A DNA stretch of 64,000 bases from Plasmodiophora brassicae (taxonomy: Eukaryota), in contig CP145409.1 in the NCBI GenBank assembly GCA_036867785.1, positions 434,001 through 498,000 on the forward strand. Reading direction: 5' to 3'. The notes below the pieces were generated by a model. It searched no databases and was not told the origin of the DNA. It worked only from the letters and a program-made list of their open reading frames with translations. Shown here piece by piece: positions 60,864 through 64,000 of this stretch; within the stretch, counting starts at the first letter, position 1; each line of letters begins with the position of its first letter. The translations under genes and the position numbers were made by a program.

Positions 60864-61993
60864 TTAAGCCCCATGCAGAAGGAACTTGGCGTGATGACGA
60901 ATGTGATCCTCGATGCAGGTGCTCACAAAGTAGTACGAATGGTCGTAACCGTCATGACGGCGGATCGTGATGGAGAGGCCAGACGATTTGGAAGCGGCCT
61001 CGAGGTCGTCCAAGAGAAGCTGGCTCGCCAAGAACTTGTCGTCAAGACCCTATCAAACCCATGCACGTTTCTGCATGAAGGAAATATTATGTAGACGTCC
61101 AGTGTACCTGATCGATGAGAATACGAGCGCCCTCTACATTTCGATGTTCTGCAATCAAGCAAGTAGCGTCGTACTGCTTCCACGTTTCTTGGTCAGACCC
61201 CAGGTAAGCGGCAAATGCCTTAGTACCCCAAGGACATGCCATCGGATGGCTAATAGGTGCAAACGCCGACACGGACTGCATCGCGTCGTCAGCACAAAGA
61301 AAGAGGCACGCGTAACGTTGTACACCTTGTACATTCCTGGGTTCCTCAGATAGCAGATCAGAGCTCCGTGTCCGCCCATGCTGTGCCCCATCACTGTTTT
61401 CGATCGACCAGTTAATCCAAAATCATCATATGGAATCAGCACCATCATACCGGATCGACAGTTCGACTTCAGTTCGGGAAGCTCGCTCTCCAGCAACTGG
61501 GGGAGCTCCTTCGTCACGTACGTATACATTCTGTAGGCCTTCGACCACGGTTCCTGAATACACGCGTATCGGAAACCGAGTCATGAACGATTTGAGAGTA
61601 GGGACCTGGACGGCATCGACGTAGAAGCCGGCGCCGACACCTAGGTCCCAGGAATCGGATTCACCGGGAACGTTCGCTCCCCGAGGGCTCGTATCCGGGC
61701 AAATAATAGCAATGCCTGCGCTCGTCAGCCAGGCTGACACCCGTTGGGCAATCGCATCGACGCCTACCGAGCTCCTGGGCAACGCGCTGCGCCCCCGCTT
61801 TCTCCATGAAGTTATCCTCGGTGCAGGTTAGCCCCGACAGGAAGTACAGCGCCGGGACCGGCGACCTGGCGCTGGCCGACCCGGGCAGGAACACGTTCAC
61901 CCGCATGGTCGTCCCCGTCGACGTCGACTCATGGCTGTACTTCACGACCGCCCCGCCGAAACACTTCACGCGCGACACGACCGAGAGCGCCAT
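60864..61993 (-). CDS. ESD: S-formylglutathione hydrolase (esterase D), multi-exon
   Basis: [46 protein letters not shown] (Ser nucleophile), [17 protein letters not shown]. Confidence 0.95.
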
Positions 61994-62273
61994 CCCAACA
62001 CAGTAGGTACCCTGCGCGCCCGGTCCCCGCAACGACAGTTACGGCAGCTGCAGTCAACAAACCCGGCCGTGCAGCCCTCATTAGTCAATATTGTAGTTAT
62101 CAACGTCAGATCCGACAGCCCATGCCGGATCCGACCACGTACGGGTTTGTAGTGACGAACGCGCCTACAGCCAAAAGCGTTGGGCGTGCAGCTATGGGGA
62201 GCGACCAGCGAGGTGGAGCTGCAGGGCGGCGTGTATTTTTTAGGTCTACTACCGTAGTAGGTACTGCTACCTA

Positions 62274-62991
62274 TTAGTCGAGCAGTGCGGCCGTCTTTCT
62301 GGGCAGGAGGCGAACGGCGAATGCGACGAGCGTGGCCATTGACGCGAGCGCGAAGATGACAATGAGGAAGACGGGAGCGGATGACCCGTCCGGTGGAGTC
62401 TGCAGGGCGTCGCCGCCGATCCTGGGTGGCGAGCGTGGGCACGGATTCGGTGGCAGACGGCGTGTGGGGATACCTGGGGGCATTGCCTAGCGGTTGCTTG
62501 GATTTCCAGTTCGCATTGGCGAAATCGACGATGGCCTGGTCGACGCGGGGATCGCCGTCGAACGAAAACGCCTGGCCGCCAGACAGTCGAATGATGGTGG
62601 GGTACACGCCGATCTTGTATAGCTTGGCAAGCTCTGTGTCCTATCAGCAGCGAAGGCGGAAACGCTGGCGAACGGGACGCACCGGTTTCCTTTGTGCAGT
62701 CAACAGCACCGAATTTCATGGAGGCATCGGTGATCTGAGCGACAGCCTTCTCCCAGATCGGCTGTGTACTGACGCAGACATGGCAATATGGGGAGTAACT
62801 ATCAGTGCACCGCTGTCATCAGCAACGAGGACGGCGGGCACCAACGTTGCATAACTGTACAATTTCAAGAGCCAATCGCCGGACCTCATGTGCTCCTCAT
62901 AATTATCCTTCGTGATGTCAACGATCGGGCCAGCCAGGATCCGTCCAGCGGCCAGAGCCGTGACGACGGCGACGATGGCCGACGGAACCAT
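62274..62991 (-). CDS. Signal-peptide thioredoxin-domain membrane protein (TMX/PDI-like)
   Basis: Signal peptide, DITKDNYEE..WLLKF|YSPYCHVC..FGAVDCT..GVYPTI (cis-Pro loop), C-terminal TM VFLIVIFALASMATLVAFAV. Confidence 0.82.
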
Positions 62992-63433
62992 ATTTTCTCG
63001 AACCAACACCGTGACAAGCGGCCGGCGACGCGCCCGCCGAAAAAAAGTGCTGCCTGCCACACGTTTCGGTTCCAGAACCGCACCCGAACAGGTTCCAGAC
63101 TTCTCCGACTGGTTCTAGATCTTGCACGGTGGTGGGCCCAGATCCGACCTCCCTCGGGTACATGCCTACGTAGATGGGGAGCAGAAGTTGGCGAGACCTA
63201 TATCCTCCCCGTATCGTCGTTGACCACCCCGGTCAATGCAAACGCGTCAGCGTTCATTTCGGCAGTACAAGTATCCAGGGTGCCTGTGTAGGTCTGCCCA
63301 TTCTCGCCGTTTGAATACACGGTAGGCCAGGGGGCCGTACGTGGCGACTTCGCCCGATGCACGTCGGCTGTTGCGGGCGCCGGCCGTGCAAAAGACACGG
63401 TAACGCAGTCATCGTGACCGAGTTGCGCCGGCG

Positions 63434-64000
63434 ATGGTTCGGCCGCGTGACGATGACAACAAGCCCGAGGCCGACGCGTCACAGTCGCCCGGGCCGACAC
63501 CATCTCGGCAGTCCTGGCTGCTGACGCTGTCTACTGCCCTGCTGCTCGTGTCCTCAGTTGGTGGGTCGAATAACGATCCCGTACGTATGTACGTAGCCGT
63601 GCTGCGATTTAACCGGTGCATGCCCAGGGAATTCGACCTTCTTCAAGCTGATGATTGACAAGTTCCACAATTATGCATTGTTCATCAGCCAAATTACGTC
63701 CCGTACGTGGGTCCGTTGTCACAGCACTGACAGTGGGGTAATGACGTTTCTGGGCCAGTCGTGTACATCCCTGTGTTTGGTGCCCTGGTCCTGCTTTCCA
63801 AAGACATCACGCCTGAAATGCGTGCCTTCCCGAAATCGAAGTTCTTCGTTATGGGCGCGCTTGACTCCATGGCCGGAATACTGATGACGTTCGGAGGAAT
63901 CATGACGAGCGGCAGCCTTCAAGCTCTATTGATGCAGGTAGGGCGCCAGGCGTTCACCGACTAACGTTCATACTGACGGCTACTTAATGCGGCAGGCCTT
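63434..64000 (+). CDS. CRT-like (chloroquine-resistance-transporter family, DMT superfamily) transporter, 5' part; runs off the window
   Basis: Spliced SSV|GNSTFFKLMIDKFHNYALFISQITS|LVYIPVFG..AFPKSKFFVMGALDSMAGILMTFGG..SGSLQALLMQ. Confidence 0.72.

Overview
Gene-dense eukaryotic nuclear DNA with many short (about 45-70 nt) GT-AG introns and very short intergenic gaps. Style and gene content suggest a compact protist genome such as a plasmodiophorid (inference, not verified). Genes in order: a ~13.6 kb multi-exon HECT E3 ligase, RPL24, a mitochondrial carrier, acyl-CoA oxidase, an ankyrin protein, a MINDY deubiquitinase and a WD40-like protein. A ~5 kb DNA-transposon island follows (25458-30420): an internally deleted hAT element with perfect TIRs and 8-bp TSD, a second decayed hAT transposase, and a PIF/Harbinger remnant; two transposase segments are folded back into long inverted repeats. 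Then come PAN2, a coiled-coil protein, DCTN5, SPC25, a palindrome-rich minisatellite, a large unknown membrane protein, several small minus-strand genes including a loop-truncated class I phosphodiesterase, mitochondrial EF-G2 with a 6-nt P-loop microexon, VPS20, a membrane-anchored prolyl 4-hydroxylase fused to a VHL-type beta-domain, a BIG/Sec7 ARF-GEF, another ankyrin protein, S-formylglutathione hydrolase, a TMX-like thioredoxin and the start of a CRT-like transporter. Best leads: the VHL-domain/prolyl-hydroxylase reader-writer fusion, the double fold-back transposase locus (possible Mu-killer-like siRNA source), a pre-miRNA-like hairpin at 618-844, the divergent PDE and the microexon. All family calls come from motif recognition by eye. 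No database searches were run, and multi-exon CDS are given as outer spans.
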